64,000 bases of DNA from assembly GCF_009914755.1 (NCBI RefSeq), contig NC_060948.1; one strand, written 5' to 3'. Both the position numbers and the translations under genes were made by a program. Origin of the DNA: the human T2T-CHM13v2.0 reference genome, Homo sapiens. Positions 63,801-64,000 of this stretch are shown here, one piece after another. Every line of letters begins with the position of its first letter. Positions within the stretch are counted from its first letter, which is position 1. The notes under the pieces were generated by a model. That model did not search any database. It had not been told where the DNA came from and worked only from the letters and a program-made list of their open reading frames with translations.

Positions 63801-64000
63801 GTGACCTCTGACTCCACCTCTGTCTTCCTTTTGCAGTCCTACCTTTGCATAGGTAACAAACTTTGTACATGGTTAAAAGGATAAAAGTTCAGTGAAATGT
63901 CAAGCCATGCTGTGAAATGTTCCATAGTTTCTATATCTCTAATTGTCCTTTGATGTTATAGAGGCAAGAAAAATAATTCAATGTTTTTCTTAGTATCTAG
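60872..64000. repeat. TSPY array tandem unit 4 (partial)
   Basis: Matches 1-~3130 and is cut by the window end. Confidence 0.97.
61559..62355 (-). pseudogene. Truncated TSPY-like relic, unit 4
   Basis: Copy of 688-1485. Confidence 0.85.

Noticed and set aside
1-64000. CRISPR arrays, tRNA/rRNA genes or prokaryotic systems
   Set aside because: None seen. The window is primate genomic DNA, and identity of ORFs between units reflects recent amplification rather than coding constraint.

Overview
This window is primate Y-chromosome DNA, almost certainly human: three full and one partial unit of the ~20.3-kb TSPY tandem array (DYZ5), with periods of 20276, 20288 and 20307 bp. Each full unit carries one intact six-exon TSPY gene on + (308, 308 and 314 aa). 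Each also carries a full-length degenerate TSPY paralog head-to-head on - (the FAM197Y/CYorf16-type unit), a second truncated TSPY relic on -, and the same Alu, THE1, L1 and microsatellite set. The locus is well known and most listed ORFs are noise. Points worth a second look: (1) TSPY intron 1 has U12 minor-spliceosome signatures, and the inverted paralog has the AT version of the same site. (2) Each unit holds three TSPY-derived modules. (3) Copy-specific promoter and coding variants exist: a CCAAT box in copy 1 only, and an 18-bp duplication plus E>G in copy 3. (4) Variant patterns between units are mosaic, consistent with gene conversion. Exon coordinates were read by hand, repeat boundaries are approximate, and no database searches were run.
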